A stretch of 64,000 nucleotides of DNA, taken from contig NC_068984.1 in the NCBI RefSeq assembly GCF_001194135.2, positions 22,252,183-22,316,182 of the forward strand. The letters are read 5' to 3'. Of this stretch, positions 13,828 through 26,581 are shown one piece after another. The translations under genes and the position numbers were made by a program. Below the pieces are notes generated by a model. That model did not search any database, had not been told where the DNA came from, and saw nothing but the letters and a program-made list of their open reading frames with translations. The stretch's first letter is position 1. Each line of letters opens with the position of its first letter. This DNA comes from Octopus bimaculoides (Eukaryota).

Positions 13828-13830
13828 ACA

Positions 13831-14345
13831 CACGCATTTGTCTAGTAGTAGAAAGGCATAGTGTGAAACATAATATTTTCAATAAAGCTTTGTTCCTTTT
13901 AGACAATGTGCCAAGACACGCAGAGAAATTAAATGAGCTTTCTGACTGTGAGATTAGAGTATTTTTCCAAGAATACAACATCTTTGCTGTATTAAATGGA
14001 TTAAGATGCGATAACTAACTTCAAGCAGTATTATTTAAAAATGACTGTCATACAAGTTATGAAAGCAACTGAAAGGGCAGATAAGCATACAGTTGGGAAC
14101 TTCTAGAAGGTCAACATAACGGATGCTGTGGATAACATAGCTAAGTTGTAGGATGAAGTGAAACCCCTAACTTCGGAGGGTGCTTGGGAAAATATATAAC
14201 CAGACTGCATTCGTAACTTTAACAGATTTCCAAACCAGAAAATCTACATGAAATTCGAAAAGTTATCACAGTCGGTTCTGAAGAAGTCATAAAAGATGAT
14301 GTGGTTGGGCTGCAAATGCCCCATAGGGAAAATACTGAAATACAA
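13831..14345 (+). mobile_element. Tigger/pogo-family DDE transposase remnant
   Basis: KHNIFNKALFLLDNVPRHAEKL..(frameshift)..NTTSLLY*MD*DAITNFKQYYLK...NF*KVNITDAVDNIAKL*DEVK..EGAW matches KALLLLDNAPGH / PPNTTSLxQPMDQGxIxxFKxYY. Confidence 0.8.
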
Positions 14346-15927
14346 AGAGCCTAACATTGTAGAAGGAAAATAAAACTAAATTATCTAATAATTATGTAGG
14401 GGCCACCATATTCAATGTGATAAATGAATATATTACAACGTGCATGCATATTTGGCCAAAATAGTACTTACTAAGCATGAAAATATGAATATAAGAATAT
14501 TACCGTAATATGAAGGCGATGGTAAAACGATATAGATACTCATATGCGCGCGCGCGCGTACGTGCGTGTGTACCGTAAGGAACGATGAGTCTATATAAAT
14601 AAGAAATCCAGTCATCTCCGCTGTACAACATTTAAACCCGAATGCCAGTAAACACGAATGTCATCATTATATTTAGATGAAGCAACGTTTTACATTATTA
14701 TATTGAACCTCTTCCAAGAATGGTCTGACAGATAAAATATAATGTTGAATCAGATAGGTTTATCCAAACATGAAATTAAACAAAGAAATATTCCCCGATT
14801 TAATCCAGTTTATAGCTCAGTCTTACGAACTAATATTGCTCAAAACGTCATGAGTTTAATTTCTTTTCATTTCACGAAGACGTTATTTAGCGGTGAATCT
14901 CAGATATGAAATTTTCGACTGAAATTTTATTAACGTAATCTATTCTTGCTGTTATAATTTGCATGCTCAATTAACCATTTCAAATCGAAACTCCTTTCCA
15001 ACTAGTAACAGTCATTTTTCTACTTATAATTCAATAATTCAAAGAAAAAAATATCACAACAGACCTTTTCAGGTATATTTGGTTTTCAAAAGAAAATGTC
15101 CATCATGATTTAAAATCAAATGCACATTCTCGAATATACTTTCCCATTTGTGCATATAGCTTTTGAAAGAATTTGCAATGTAAATTATACCTTGTAGTAA
15201 AGTTACTTCCTTTATTTCAATAAGTTCATGGCTAAAATAAAAAGACTGCGCGACATTTGCTGACATTGTAGGTATTCTTACTTTCCAACCATATACAACC
15301 GAACGGAAGAATTAAGTAACATAACAATGTAATTCCACCTGTCTCTGTTTCCGAGGCCTACTCTGTTTTGAATAACTTCATCTTGTACACTTAGACATAC
15401 ACACGCCATTTTCATATTTTTATCTAATTGCATTTACATGTGTTTTCATTCTCTATACTTTCATGTTTTCCATAAATAATATCGTTTGACGTAACCTCAC
15501 CGTGTATCTACGAACTGATTCTCCCTTCCTATTGCATGCTGAAACCATTACATCATGATCGTTTTGTACCGTTTTACATGTCATACAGAACAAGACATGT
15601 TGTGACATATAAAAAAATTGTCCATTCTTTATATACCATTTTGAATGTCATTTTACTTAACCAAACAGAAAACATGCGACGATCCGTGAAGTTTCATCTT
15701 TATATATCTACTTCAGGATTGAGCACGCTTTCTCCACCTTGCTTGATGGACCCTCAGTGTTGTGTGTGTGCGCATAAAACATAAGAAAAAGGTACCAAGA
15801 TAATAAAGTAGAATATCAATGACAAAGTTTGCACTATCATTAGTCCATTTGCCTTCATGAGTTTTCATAGTGTATAAATGCGAAACTCGACAGTATCAGT
15901 TGACACTGATGTTATTAATAAAACTGA

Positions 15928-16152
15928 AAGCTGCAATCTGGCAGAGTCATTAGCAGGCCGGATAAAATGCTTAGCGGCATTTCGTCTGTCTTTACGTTCT
16001 GAGTTCAAATTCCACCGAGGCCCACCTTGCCTTTCACCCTTTTGAGGTCGATGAAATAAGTACCAGTTAAGCACTGGGGTTGATGTAATCGACTTAACCC
16101 TCTTAACCCTTCACCAAAATTGCTGGCCTTGTGCCAAAATTTGAAACCATTA
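15928..16152 (+). mobile_element. SINE family A, full length (older copy follows at ~16215-16390)
   Basis: CTGGCAGAGTCATTAGC...GAGTTCAAATTCCACCGAGG...AAGTACCAGTTAAGCACTGGGG...GGCCTTGTGCCAAAATTTGAAACC. Confidence 0.9.
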
Positions 16153-16159
16153 TTAATTA

Positions 16160-17258
16160 TTTATATATATGTGTATATACATATATATATATATATATAT
16201 ATGAAGCATTATTATTGAGTACCGGATAAAATGTCTCGCAATATGTTTCGGATATTTAGGTTTTAATTTCAAAGCAAGCCGAGTCAGTTTCGCCGTTCAT
16301 CACTTTGTGATCGATAAAATTCAGTACTAGTGATGTATGAGCAGGTTTCGGTGTAATCCACTAGCCACAATCCCTAAAAATTGTTGGGTTTATGCATAAA
16401 TTATTAACACACACACACACACACGCGTTTCTAATTTAGGCAGACACAAATAAATAGATAGATAGATAGATAGAGATATAGACAGAGATAGATAGATAGA
16501 TACTGTGTGTGTGTGTAGATATTTCGTTGTAACAGTAATAATACGATCCCAAGTGTGTGTATGAATGTGCTTATGCACGTCTATATATATGTATGAAGTT
16601 TTGAGTGCATGAATGTATATATTTATTTTAAGCATTTTGTATGCATGTACCTATACATACTCGAAAGATCAAATATTTTATTCACAAAGTAAAACTGTTG
16701 AATTCGTAAAATATTTCATTCTATGTGCACTTAAGTATATTAGCTTACGTTAGCAGGTGAGAATATTATATATATATATATATATATACATACACACACA
16801 CACATATCAGTGTGCGTGGATCCGTTGGTTGTATTCATATATATTCGCGTATATGCACATGCATATAAATTCTTCGGATTCATGTGTGGACTGACATGAG
16901 AGCATTCAAGTATATCAATTAATATATACATTTATGCGGGGACATGTGTAGGTATTTGCTCTTAAATTAAATATATATATTTATACATGTTCATGTATAA
17001 ATCTGTGCGTGTGTATGTGTGTGTATCTTCATGCCTTCACGGTCGTGATTCTGCGGAATTAACATGGATACATAATAGCTATGCACGTGCACACGAGAGC
17101 TTTATGGTTGTCTACTTTCAGTTGCTTGTATACAGATGTCAGTACACATGCCCGAATATGCAAATGCGTACACGTGTTCATCTGCTTCTACTATGCATTT
17201 GTGAGCATATCCACAAGTTGATGCCTCACGAGCTCTCCGCTTTTACGCATAAGACGTG

Positions 17259-17296
<38 letters not shown>

Positions 17297-17598
17297 GATG
17301 TACACTTATGTGCAAGCATGTAGGTATGTAAGTGTGTCTAAAACTGATTTCAGCGCGTGGTGCATATTTTCTGACAGAAATGTGGCTGCGGCGTGGCATG
17401 CGAAAATCTAGCACAACAGCAACACCAGCACCAGCAGCAGAAGCTACAGATGGCAGCACGTAGAAAAACAGCAACCGCAGCAGCATTAACAGCAGCAACA
17501 ACGAAATCAGAAGAAGGAGAAACAAAGACAACAATATCAACTAACATTAGAATAATATAAACACGCGTTCGAGCGCGTGTACATGTGAGTGCGCGCGC

Positions 17599-17640
<42 letters not shown>
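16160..17640. repeat. Microsatellite-rich zone: (TA)n, (CA)n, (GATA)n, degenerate (CAG)n
   Basis: Direct read. Confidence 0.9.
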
Positions 17641-17642
<2 letters not shown>

Positions 17643-17849
17643 TGAGAACTGTGAAGGAGTCCAGTTGACATAAATACTAAAATACTAAAACTAATGCTAC
17701 TACATCTTCTCTGCTTCCACCAACACCATCCCCGCCAGCGCTATCATTAATTCCACCATTATCACCACCACCACCGCGACTGTCACTCACACTGCTAATG
17801 CTCGTAAGCGAAACTCAAAACTACTACAAGCAACCGATGAAACCTCTGC

Positions 17850-18045
17850 AGGGCCAATCAACCTGCTAGAAACAGTAGCCAGAGCTACAGCAAATTACTC
17901 CATGCCGTCTCCAGAATGAAGAACATATTAGGTAATGTAGTGTTTGTTGTAAGTACAAAAATACGGGATAGTCACAGCTGGATCTCGCTTACCATAAGTC
18001 TGTTCGATCGGAAATAAACGGGAGCTAAAGAATAACAAAAACAAG
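17850..18045 (+). mobile_element. ~200-bp repeat family D (unclassified)
   Basis: ACCTGCTAGAAACAGTAGCC...CACAGCTGGA...GTTCGATC...GAGCTAAA plus an (AAC)-like tail. The motif recurs at ~18690, 18890, 31270, 33060, 33500, 33740, 38090, 38285, 43950 and 59615. Confidence 0.6.
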
Positions 18046-19425
18046 TGCAACTAGTATCTGTAAAACTCCGACGACCACCGCCGTTAACTTCGCCAGCACC
18101 ACGAGCGAAATGAAAGAAAAAATATATAGCGAAATCACCGGCATGGTTTGAACTCGGCACATATCAAAAGGAGGAAACGAAATACAGAGATATTAGCGAC
18201 GTACATAATATACACGTTTAAAGTGCCGAGGTTTTGCTGTTTTAGTTTAACAATTTATTATTTCCCTTCCTACCACTGCACCAACAAATAAAAGACTAAA
18301 TAAAAATTAAAAAACAACAATATTGATTTCTAACATGCGCACAGCACCATAAATTTTAGTGACTGTGATGTAGCTAATTCAATTAACCTCAGAATGCGAT
18401 TGGTATTTATTTAAGCAACCTCGAAAAGCGGGCGGTGAGGGTGACGGAATTTAGTCCTATTTTGGTGAGATTTTATTAAGAACGTAAAGATGCAACAGCT
18501 CCAGCATGGTCACAGCCGAAGGGTGGGTCAGGTAAAAGAATAAGAGAGTAAATTAAATACTGCTAGGGCATTGCGTCTTTTCTTTTCCCTCGTGTCTGTC
18601 ATTTCTTTCATTAAGATGTAATAATGACAACAGCAACGACAAAGTTTAACATTAGCTTAAACACAAACCAATAAGGGAGCTTCTATACGATCAATCAGCA
18701 TGCTAGAAACAGCAGCCAAATTTCCCTCAAATCACGCACTAACATCCCTAGAAAAAGTCACGGTGGATAGCGTGGTCCGGGTTGCCGAGCAAATAAGGGA
18801 TGGGGGAAAACGGCATTTTCGCAGTTGGAATGCTTATGATCTCAAATCTGTTCACTCAAAGTCTTGGGCTAAAATGCAACATGGTAGTCCAGCCTGCTAG
18901 AAACACAAGCCAAATCTCACTTAAATCATGTATTACTGTTGTTTTCTTTTTGTCTTTTTTTTTTTTTTTTTTTAAAGCACGTTGGATAACGNNNNNNNNN
19001 NATCGTCACAATTGGAATATGTTTGATCATAAATGTGTTCATTCGATGGATGCTAACCTAGGGCTAAACGACAACAACAACAGCCTTAATTAACGCAAAA
19101 TCAGCAACATAAACAAGAACTGCAGCATATGCAGCAGTTACCAGCAACAGAAGTAGTTGCAGCAGCAGTAAAAACTGATAACACGAAATTATGATATTAG
19201 TTAGCAGTGACAACAACACTGACTAAAACGACAGCTGCAGCAACAACAGCATCAATAGCAGCTGAAATAATAATGATAATAATAATAATAGTAATAAATA
19301 GCGACATCGCTGTACTCTTTCTCCTACTGCTACGACAGGTAGAAGCAGAAGTAGAAGTGACAGCAGCAATAATTGTCTAAGACTGGTAAGGGTCTTTTAT
19401 TTATATATATATATATATATATACA

Positions 19426-19808
19426 CGCGGCTGTGAGAGGTTTGCTTCCTAATCACGTGGTTCCGGGTTCAATCCTACGGCGTGGCACCTTGGGTAAGTC
19501 TCTTCTACTGTAGCTTCGGACCGACCAAAGCCTTGTGAATGGATCTGATAGATGGAAACTGAAAGAAGCTGGTCGTATATTTTAATATCTATGTGTGCGT
19601 GTCTGCGTATGTTCGCCCACCACTGCTTGACATCTAGTGTTGGTGTGTTTACGTCCCCGTGCACTAGCGGTTCGGTAAAAAGGGACCGATCCAATAACTA
19701 CAAGGCTTAAAAGAAAAGTAGTATTGTCGATTCGTTCGACTAAAATTCTTCGAAACGATCCCCCAGCATGGCCGCAGTCTAATGGCTGAAACAAGGAAAA
19801 GGATAAAA
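19426..19808 (+). mobile_element. SINE family B (CORE-like), near full length
   Basis: tRNA-like head GGTTCCGGGTTCAATCC, GGCACCTTGGGTAAG, GAAACTGAAAGAAGC, internal TG-rich spacer, tail CCAGCATGGCCGCAGTC..TGAAACAAG. Confidence 0.85.
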
Positions 19809-20253
19809 CTAATAGAAGAAAACGAAGAAAAAAACATGGCGGATCAAATAAAATAAGGATCCACATTAGATTTTCTGTTTTGTTATATTAATAAATGTAA
19901 ATTAGATCGCTTATCTCTATATATTGAGAGAATTCTCCCAATATATCATTATCATTGATAACACCGGCTGATCTCCGGATTTTATAATCTCTAAGGAGGA
20001 TATTACATCCTCAAATTGACTGAATACATACACACACACACATGTATGTATGTATGTATATTTTTTCAATGTGCACAAATAAGGAAAAAATAAATAGTTA
20101 CCAGGGTAGCAAAAATTCACATAAGCGCCAAGGATATTACAACCTACTTATAAAGGTAGAAATTCCAGGGTTAAGTGAAATGTTTCTGTATGACAGATAA
20201 ATTAAGAAATGGATTAACACCTGCGCTTCACGACTCCGTTTCTTAATTTATCC

Positions 20254-20284
<31 letters not shown>

Positions 20285-20984
20285 AACAATATATGAGTAT
20301 ATGCATATATATGTACATGTATGTATATACGTTCATCCACATGTACATATAGATACATAACTGGGTACATGACGTTGCAAAAGAACAAGGACAAAAATGG
20401 TAAACGAGGTGCAACAAACAAACAGGCCACATAGAAACATCCCCTTCATATATATATAAAGATGTTAAGGAACTGTTGATCTGACCACAGTACACAGCTG
20501 GTGTGTGTATGTGTGTGCGCGCGCTCTCTCTCACACGTGTACTTCCACAAGAGAAATAAAGACAGCAAAGTCAATCCGAACTATATGAAGTGAAAATACA
20601 TTTGAGTCGGCCGCTCTACCGTTTGTCTGCCACTACGACTGCAATAGTAATAATTTCTAGTATTATACGTTTCACAAAAATGGTAAAGTTCTTTAAATAT
20701 ATCAATGAACTTGTTTAAATGGCCCCCTACCCTAGCTGTTTGAAATTTGAATATAATAATTATTTGGCTCAAGCTCAAGGCCTCGAGTTTAGTGGAATTA
20801 TATTCACTTCCGTACTGAGCTGGTACATTATTTTATCGTTCCAGTTCACCAACACGGGATTTCACTACAGGAGTTGACCTACGTGAGATATGAACTCTAC
20901 GTAAAGTGACATAAAAAAATACTGCCACTAAATTTTCAGCCCCGTAGATTTTCTCCAATCTACCTAATTTGAATGCAATTATGA

Positions 20985-21375
20985 CTTGCAACCGAAGTAC
21001 AAGATAATACATTTTAGGAAGAAGGATGTTGTCGATTTATTCAACCCCAGTGCTTGACTGTTACTTTATTGTATCAATCCACAGAAGAATGAAAACAATG
21101 ACTGTCTCCGTGGAATCTGATCCAGAGAGTAAAGCGAAGTCACTAAATACGAGATTTGGTCCGTTGTTCGCCTTTCTCTCAATGTAATAATGATGATTTC
21201 TAACATGTCTCATCAAGCGTCATGTTTTGAGGACACCACACCTTAGCTGGTAATTATTTTATCAACCAGCGGAAAGGTAGAGTCGAAGCCGACACAAATC
21301 GAGATGGAACACAGCACATGAACTGACCAATCCCAATACTGCAAGGCATTTTATCAGCTGTTGTCTAATTTTTCC
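20985..21375 (-). mobile_element. Two old SINE family A copies (another fragment at ~20760-20850)
   Basis: CCCCAGTGCTTGACTGTTACTTTATT...GAATGAAA and GCTGGTAATTATTTTATCAACC motifs. Confidence 0.55.
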
Positions 21376-21399
21376 AATCAATCACCTCGTCCTGATATT

Positions 21400-22070
21400 G
21401 ATATAATCATTCAACTGTTTCTGTTCCATAACACCTCTAAAATCAGAGTTTATAAATTTGGTCAAAGTACTCTCTAAGATACTGGTGCCTGTCGTCGATA
21501 ATAATGTTTGGCGTGCACGGATCTGTGCATTTCTCGTCAAGTCTAACCATGAATAACTCCACCTCATGCCATGTATCGAAGACAGGATGAATGTTAAACC
21601 TAAGTTCGCCTGCTATCTGATCTAATTTGATCAATCAAAAGCTTGGTGATGATCAGTACCTTGAGCTGTCCTCAGCCGGTTTCAGCCCTGTTTTCAATGG
21701 CCGGATCAATTAAATTCCCACTTAAAACTATCTCAAATCACATATTCAGTTTGTCAATGGTGCCTTTTCTTATCGATCATCTTCATCTTGTATTGATCCA
21801 ATAAGCGCAGAATATAGAATTGGTAGATCACTTGAACTAGGATGTGGATGTTTTGCTTCGGCGTATGCAGGTGACGTCCCCATTATAAGATACCACTGGA
21901 ATCGAGAAGGTCCTCAATATACTAAAGGAATACGAGGGGGTAATATGAGCACTAAACCAAACCAGTCGGTGAGTTTGCACTTCATTACTAGGAAGAGCAA
22001 AAGTTTCGTTAATATACTTGCAGCTACGATCGTGCCTGACATGTAGATCCACAGAAATGGGGACCAGCGA
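21400..22070 (+). mobile_element. Decayed L1/Tx1-clade LINE reverse transcriptase fragment (RT subdomains ~1-6)
   Basis: Manual + strand translation across stops and frameshifts gives ITPLKSEFINLVKVLSKIL (~RPITLLNxExKILAKVL), H-E-*-LHLM (~HxNLHLM), DQSKA, DQYL..AGFSPVFNGRI, SVCQWCLFLS (~SVRQGCPLS), LGCGCFASAYAGDV (~SAYADDV) and IEKVLNILKEYEGV, all in the correct order. Confidence 0.8.
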
Positions 22071-22183
22071 AAGAAAAATAGTTGGAGTAGTTGTCCCAAA
22101 GCCTTAACTTCTGAGTCCCAATTCCGCTAAGGTCAAGTTTGTCTTTAGTCTCCAAGGGGTCGATTAATTACCGGTCTAGTATT

Positions 22184-22375
22184 CTTTTCTACTCTAAGCA
22201 CAAGGCTCGAAATTTTGGGGGAGAGGGACAGTCGATTATATCGACCCCAGTACGCAACTGGAACTTTATTTATCGACCCCCGAAAGGCAAAGTCTACCTC
22301 AGAACGTAAAGACAGGCGAAATACTGCTAAGCATTTCGGCTGGCGTGCTAACGTTTCTACCAGCTCGCGCCATGG
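22184..22375 (-). mobile_element. SINE family A nested in an older + strand family A copy, with a 14-bp target-site duplication
   Basis: ACCGGTCTAGTATT at 22170-22183 and 22376-22389. The host copy spans ~22100-22183 plus ~22390-22425. Confidence 0.9.
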
Positions 22376-22447
22376 ACCGGTCTAGTATTGGAGGCAATGA
22401 TGTCGACTAACCCCTTCCAAGACGTATGGCCGTGTGCCATTACAGAA

Positions 22448-22575
22448 GGCCGGTGAGCTCGCAGAATTGTTACATAGCGTCAAAAAAAAAAAAACGCTTT
22501 GTAGTATTTATTTTAACACTTTACCTTCTGAGTTCAAATCCCACTGAGGTCAATTTTGCTTTCATCTTTTGTTTT
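22448..22575 (+). mobile_element. SINE family A 5' part
   Basis: GGTGAGCTCGCAGAATTGTT...CTGAGTTCAAATCCCACTGAGGTC. Confidence 0.7.
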
Positions 22576-23321
22576 AGAAGTTATAACAGCAACAAATGCA
22601 AAGACAACAAAACAAAAACAAGTGCAACAACAGAAGCCACACAAGCACTACTCAAATCATTATGACACTACTAATACTAACCGTAGAACTAGCAATAATG
22701 GAAAACAATAGTAGCATAATTATTATTGTCACCACCATGGTCATCGTCATCATTATGTTGTTGTTGCTGCTGCTTATGATGACGGCAACTTCGGCAATGA
22801 TGATCATCAAAGCGGAAAACGACAGCCACTACAAAAGCAGGAATGACGCCATTTGTGTCACAACAACAAGAGAATCAGCGATGAAACTGTAACAGCAGAG
22901 CAAATTCCAGTTTTAGTGGAAATTATTAAGCTTCAGTTTTGTTGATAAACATACGTGTAATGAAGTTCATGAATTGCAAACCAATAGCACCACTACCATC
23001 ACTACGACCTCACTACGGCAACAACAGAATACAGCAAAAGTAGCGATAATCAAGGACCAATCTACACGGTCGTTCCACCAGCTTGAAATAGTTGCCTCAT
23101 TTCCCTCAAACCTAAAATCTAAATGATACATTGTTTAATGGAGTCCAAATATAAAGTCTAATAGTGTTGCCTATTTCTGTACTTGTTTTACCACGAGGAC
23201 AGCTAAATACAGGACATTTAATTACTATTTCTGTTATGTTTATCCATATATAATCAGTGTGCTCAAGCAGTAAGTAGAAAACATCTAAAATAAATAACTA
23301 ACATAAAATTACCACCTCTCT

Positions 23322-23364
<43 letters not shown>

Positions 23365-23402
23365 ATATACAGAGAGAGAGAGAGCGAAAAAATAATGAGA
23401 TA

Positions 23403-23686
23403 TTCTTTTCTTTTACTTGTTTGTCAGTTAACTGCGGTCAGGCTGGAGCACTGCCTTGAGGGGCTTTAGTCGAACAAATCGATCCAAGACTTAGTTTTTA
23501 AAGCCTAGCATTTATTCTATCCGTCTCTTTTGATGAACTACTAGTTTACGGGGGCGTAAACACACCAACACCGATTGCCAAGAGGTGATGGGGGAAGGGA
23601 CAAACGCAGACATGTATATACGACCGAATTCTTTCAGTTTTCGGCTACCAAATCCACTCACAAAGCTTTGGTCGGCTCGAGGCTAT
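23403..23686 (-). mobile_element. SINE family B, cut by an assembly gap
   Basis: TTTTACTTGTTT..CTGCGGTCAGGCTGGAGCAC...CCAAATCCACTCACAAAGCTTTGGTCGGCTCGAGGCTAT. Confidence 0.85.
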
Positions 23687-24312
23687 NNNNNNNNNNNNNN
23701 NNNNNNNNNNNNNNNNNNNNNNNNNNNNNNNNNNNNNNNNNNNNNNNNNNNNNNNNNNNNNNNNNNNNNNNNNNNNNNNNNNNNNNNNNNNNNNNNNNNN
23801 NNNNNNNNNNNNNNNNNNNNNNNNNNNNNNNNNNNNNNNNNNNNNNNNNNNNNNNNNNNNNNNNNNATATACACAACACCAACTTAATATTCATACAATC
23901 ATGACAAATGTAACTATTTCTCCGTAGACTGAACGAGTTATGTACAGCCTTAATTGACTTTCAACCCTTATTGGGGTCTTAGCAGACATAGGTACATTAT
24001 TTAACCAATCCCAGAGAAATAATTTGTTTATACAGTCAACAAATCCAGTAGCTTCAGAGAACTGGCGCTACTAATTTGCATATCATAAATGTTTGACACT
24101 TTAATATCAGCGGCCTCTTAAAGGGGATCGCAGTCCACACAGTGTCATGATATAATGAATGTGAACCTACATAACAGGGACACAAACATGGCAAATGCAA
24201 CTCTTTCTCCATAGACTGAGAAACAAAAATGAACAGACGTAATCGATTTTGGATCCTTATTGGAGTTTCAACAGAGGTATCTACTTCTCTTGACAAATCT
24301 CAGACAAATAAA

Positions 24313-24335
24313 GCGCGCGCGCACACGCACGCACG

Positions 24336-24379
<44 letters not shown>

Positions 24380-24384
24380 CACAC
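24313..24384. repeat. (CG)/(CA)n alternating purine-pyrimidine tract
   Basis: Direct read. Confidence 0.95.
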
Positions 24385-24444
24385 TACAGTATTGTAGATC
24401 GTATTTCAGCGGATTTTTGCAACTAGTTTCGCACAAGCAAGTTC

Positions 24445-24551
24445 GGGCAAAAACTCATTCTCAGTGCTCGTCAGAAGGGCCGATAGAAAGAGAATGTGCC
24501 AAGCCTTCCCTATTGACCCCCTCTGACGAGCATCGAGATAGAGTTTTGCTC
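24445..24551. other. 107-bp imperfect foldback (long hairpin)
   Basis: GGGCAAAAACTCATTCTCAGTGCTCGTCAGA pairs with TCTGACGAGCATCGAGATAGAGTTTTGCTC, with an 11-bp perfect core; most mismatches are transitions. Confidence 0.7.
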
Positions 24552-24859
24552 AAAAGACACTTGTTATTTTCTTGTTGTTTGCATTTGTAATTCTGTTAGA
24601 TGTTCTCCGTTTTTGTCTTTGCTGTACATATTCGCTTGCTTTCTCCCCCAAATATAATGCTCTCAGCTTAGATTTTTGGGGGGCAGCCATATTTGAACAG
24701 TCTCATGTGTATCTGACCGAAACTGTAAGGATAATTTGGTAACTTGACTGATGAGAAGAGCTTGCGAATGACGAGTCCTTGTTATTTTTTTTCCTGTCCG
24801 TCATCGCATCGTCTGTGTGTCCGGATGTTTTGCGTTCTCTTGCCTTCTAGCTTCATTTT

Positions 24860-24860
24860 C

Positions 24861-24908
<48 letters not shown>

Positions 24909-24987
24909 TATATATATGGTATTGTTCCTGTGATTTTCCACCCTTATGTATCCATTTTTACTAGAAGATATATATATATATATATAT

Positions 24988-25068
<81 letters not shown>

Positions 25069-25090
25069 CATACATACATATATATACATA

Positions 25091-25122
<32 letters not shown>

Positions 25123-25150
25123 CATACATACATACACGCGCGCGCGCACA
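24860..25150. repeat. Compound (TG)/(TA)/(TACA)n
   Basis: Direct read; source of several spurious YI/IY ORFs. Confidence 0.95.
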
Positions 25151-25369
25151 CGCTGTCGTAAACATATGCATCCGCTACATAGTAGATTCGTTTATTTATG
25201 TAAGTTTAATAAACATTTAGGTTCACTTAGCAGACTTTGCGCTAAACTACGCGATTTATTGGCAGAGAGAGGATAAATGTATGTATAATATTAACCATAA
25301 AAATGTAATCTTTTTACTCATCGATACACATGCTATCTCGGGCTTCAGTTGACATGTGTGTGTGTGCGT

Positions 25370-25411
<42 letters not shown>

Positions 25412-26236
25412 ATATACTGATCGCTCTTAGCCGCGGCAGCTGAGTGAAACACGCTTCGCTAAGAATCATGCCAATTTCTATCAGCAGTTTTAAAGATAAG
25501 ATCAAGTACAATCTGCTTTGTGTATATGGTTCAAAAAACTTCCATTAACTTATCTTTTTGAAATGTGGTATCTTGCTCGTGGGTTTCAGATTTTAAAGGC
25601 ATACAGGAGGTAGATTTTGTTTCGTAATTGTATTAGTAATTTCAGATGAACAAAATTCTTTCCTATATTGAATTCTTGAGACCTTATTCTATATGTAAAA
25701 CAAAAGTAGTCTATGTCACTCCTAACATTGGCTAATGTAGTTTAGGGCCTGCTTTACCTAGAACTAATATGGGATAGCCAGGGCTGGAAAACATTGATTT
25801 AAGTTTGCTAAAGATATTTCTGGATAAACACCTCCACCCACAACAACAACTTACACATTCACGAGCAACAACGATGACTAACAAAGATCAAACTACCATC
25901 AAAGAAAATACATTAGTACGTGCGTAATCATTAAAATAAATAGATGATACATCAGCATACTCGTCTGCATAATTTAAAACAGATCTTGAATGTCCCTAGA
26001 TAAATTTAGGACATTATACGTGTAAGCACACACACACACACACACGCACACGAGATGGTAGTTTGTCATAGTTCGAGAAAGACAGTTCTGTCATTAATAT
26101 CGTGCAGAGCAACTTGCACAAATGATTTGCTTGTAGTGATCAAATATGTGTTGTAAATTAACCTCATTCCCTCCGTCAAATGGACTTTGCCTGGAGAGGT
26201 ACACGGTCTGTCACACGTCAGTTGTCGAAGTGATCA

Positions 26237-26340
26237 TAGAGCAAAGTGAAATATCTTGCTCAAGAACACATAGCACCACCCATTCCAGGAATGGAAACCG
26301 CGATCGTGAGTGCAACGCTCTAACCACTAAGTTATGCGCG
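26237..26340 (-). mobile_element. SINE family C head
   Basis: CTTGCTCAAGAACAC...GGAATGGAAACC..GATCGTGAG..CTCTAACCACTAAG. Confidence 0.7.
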
Positions 26341-26343
26341 TGT

Positions 26344-26402
<59 letters not shown>

Positions 26403-26544
26403 AACATTAAAATAGATTTTAATAAGTGTGTTACAACAATTTTACATTAAGTTGAAGGATTATTCAATACTTTTAGTATTGAGTTCTATGATGGTTTAAC
26501 AAGCCTAAATTCGGAGTCACTGTCAATACTAGTCTTTTGTTAAC

Positions 26545-26581
<37 letters not shown>

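Noticed and set aside
24744-25220. 158-aa and overlapping YI/IY/CV-rich ORFs (similar ones at 5016, 17226, 34225, 45049)
   Set aside because: Translations of dinucleotide microsatellites, which contain no stop codons.
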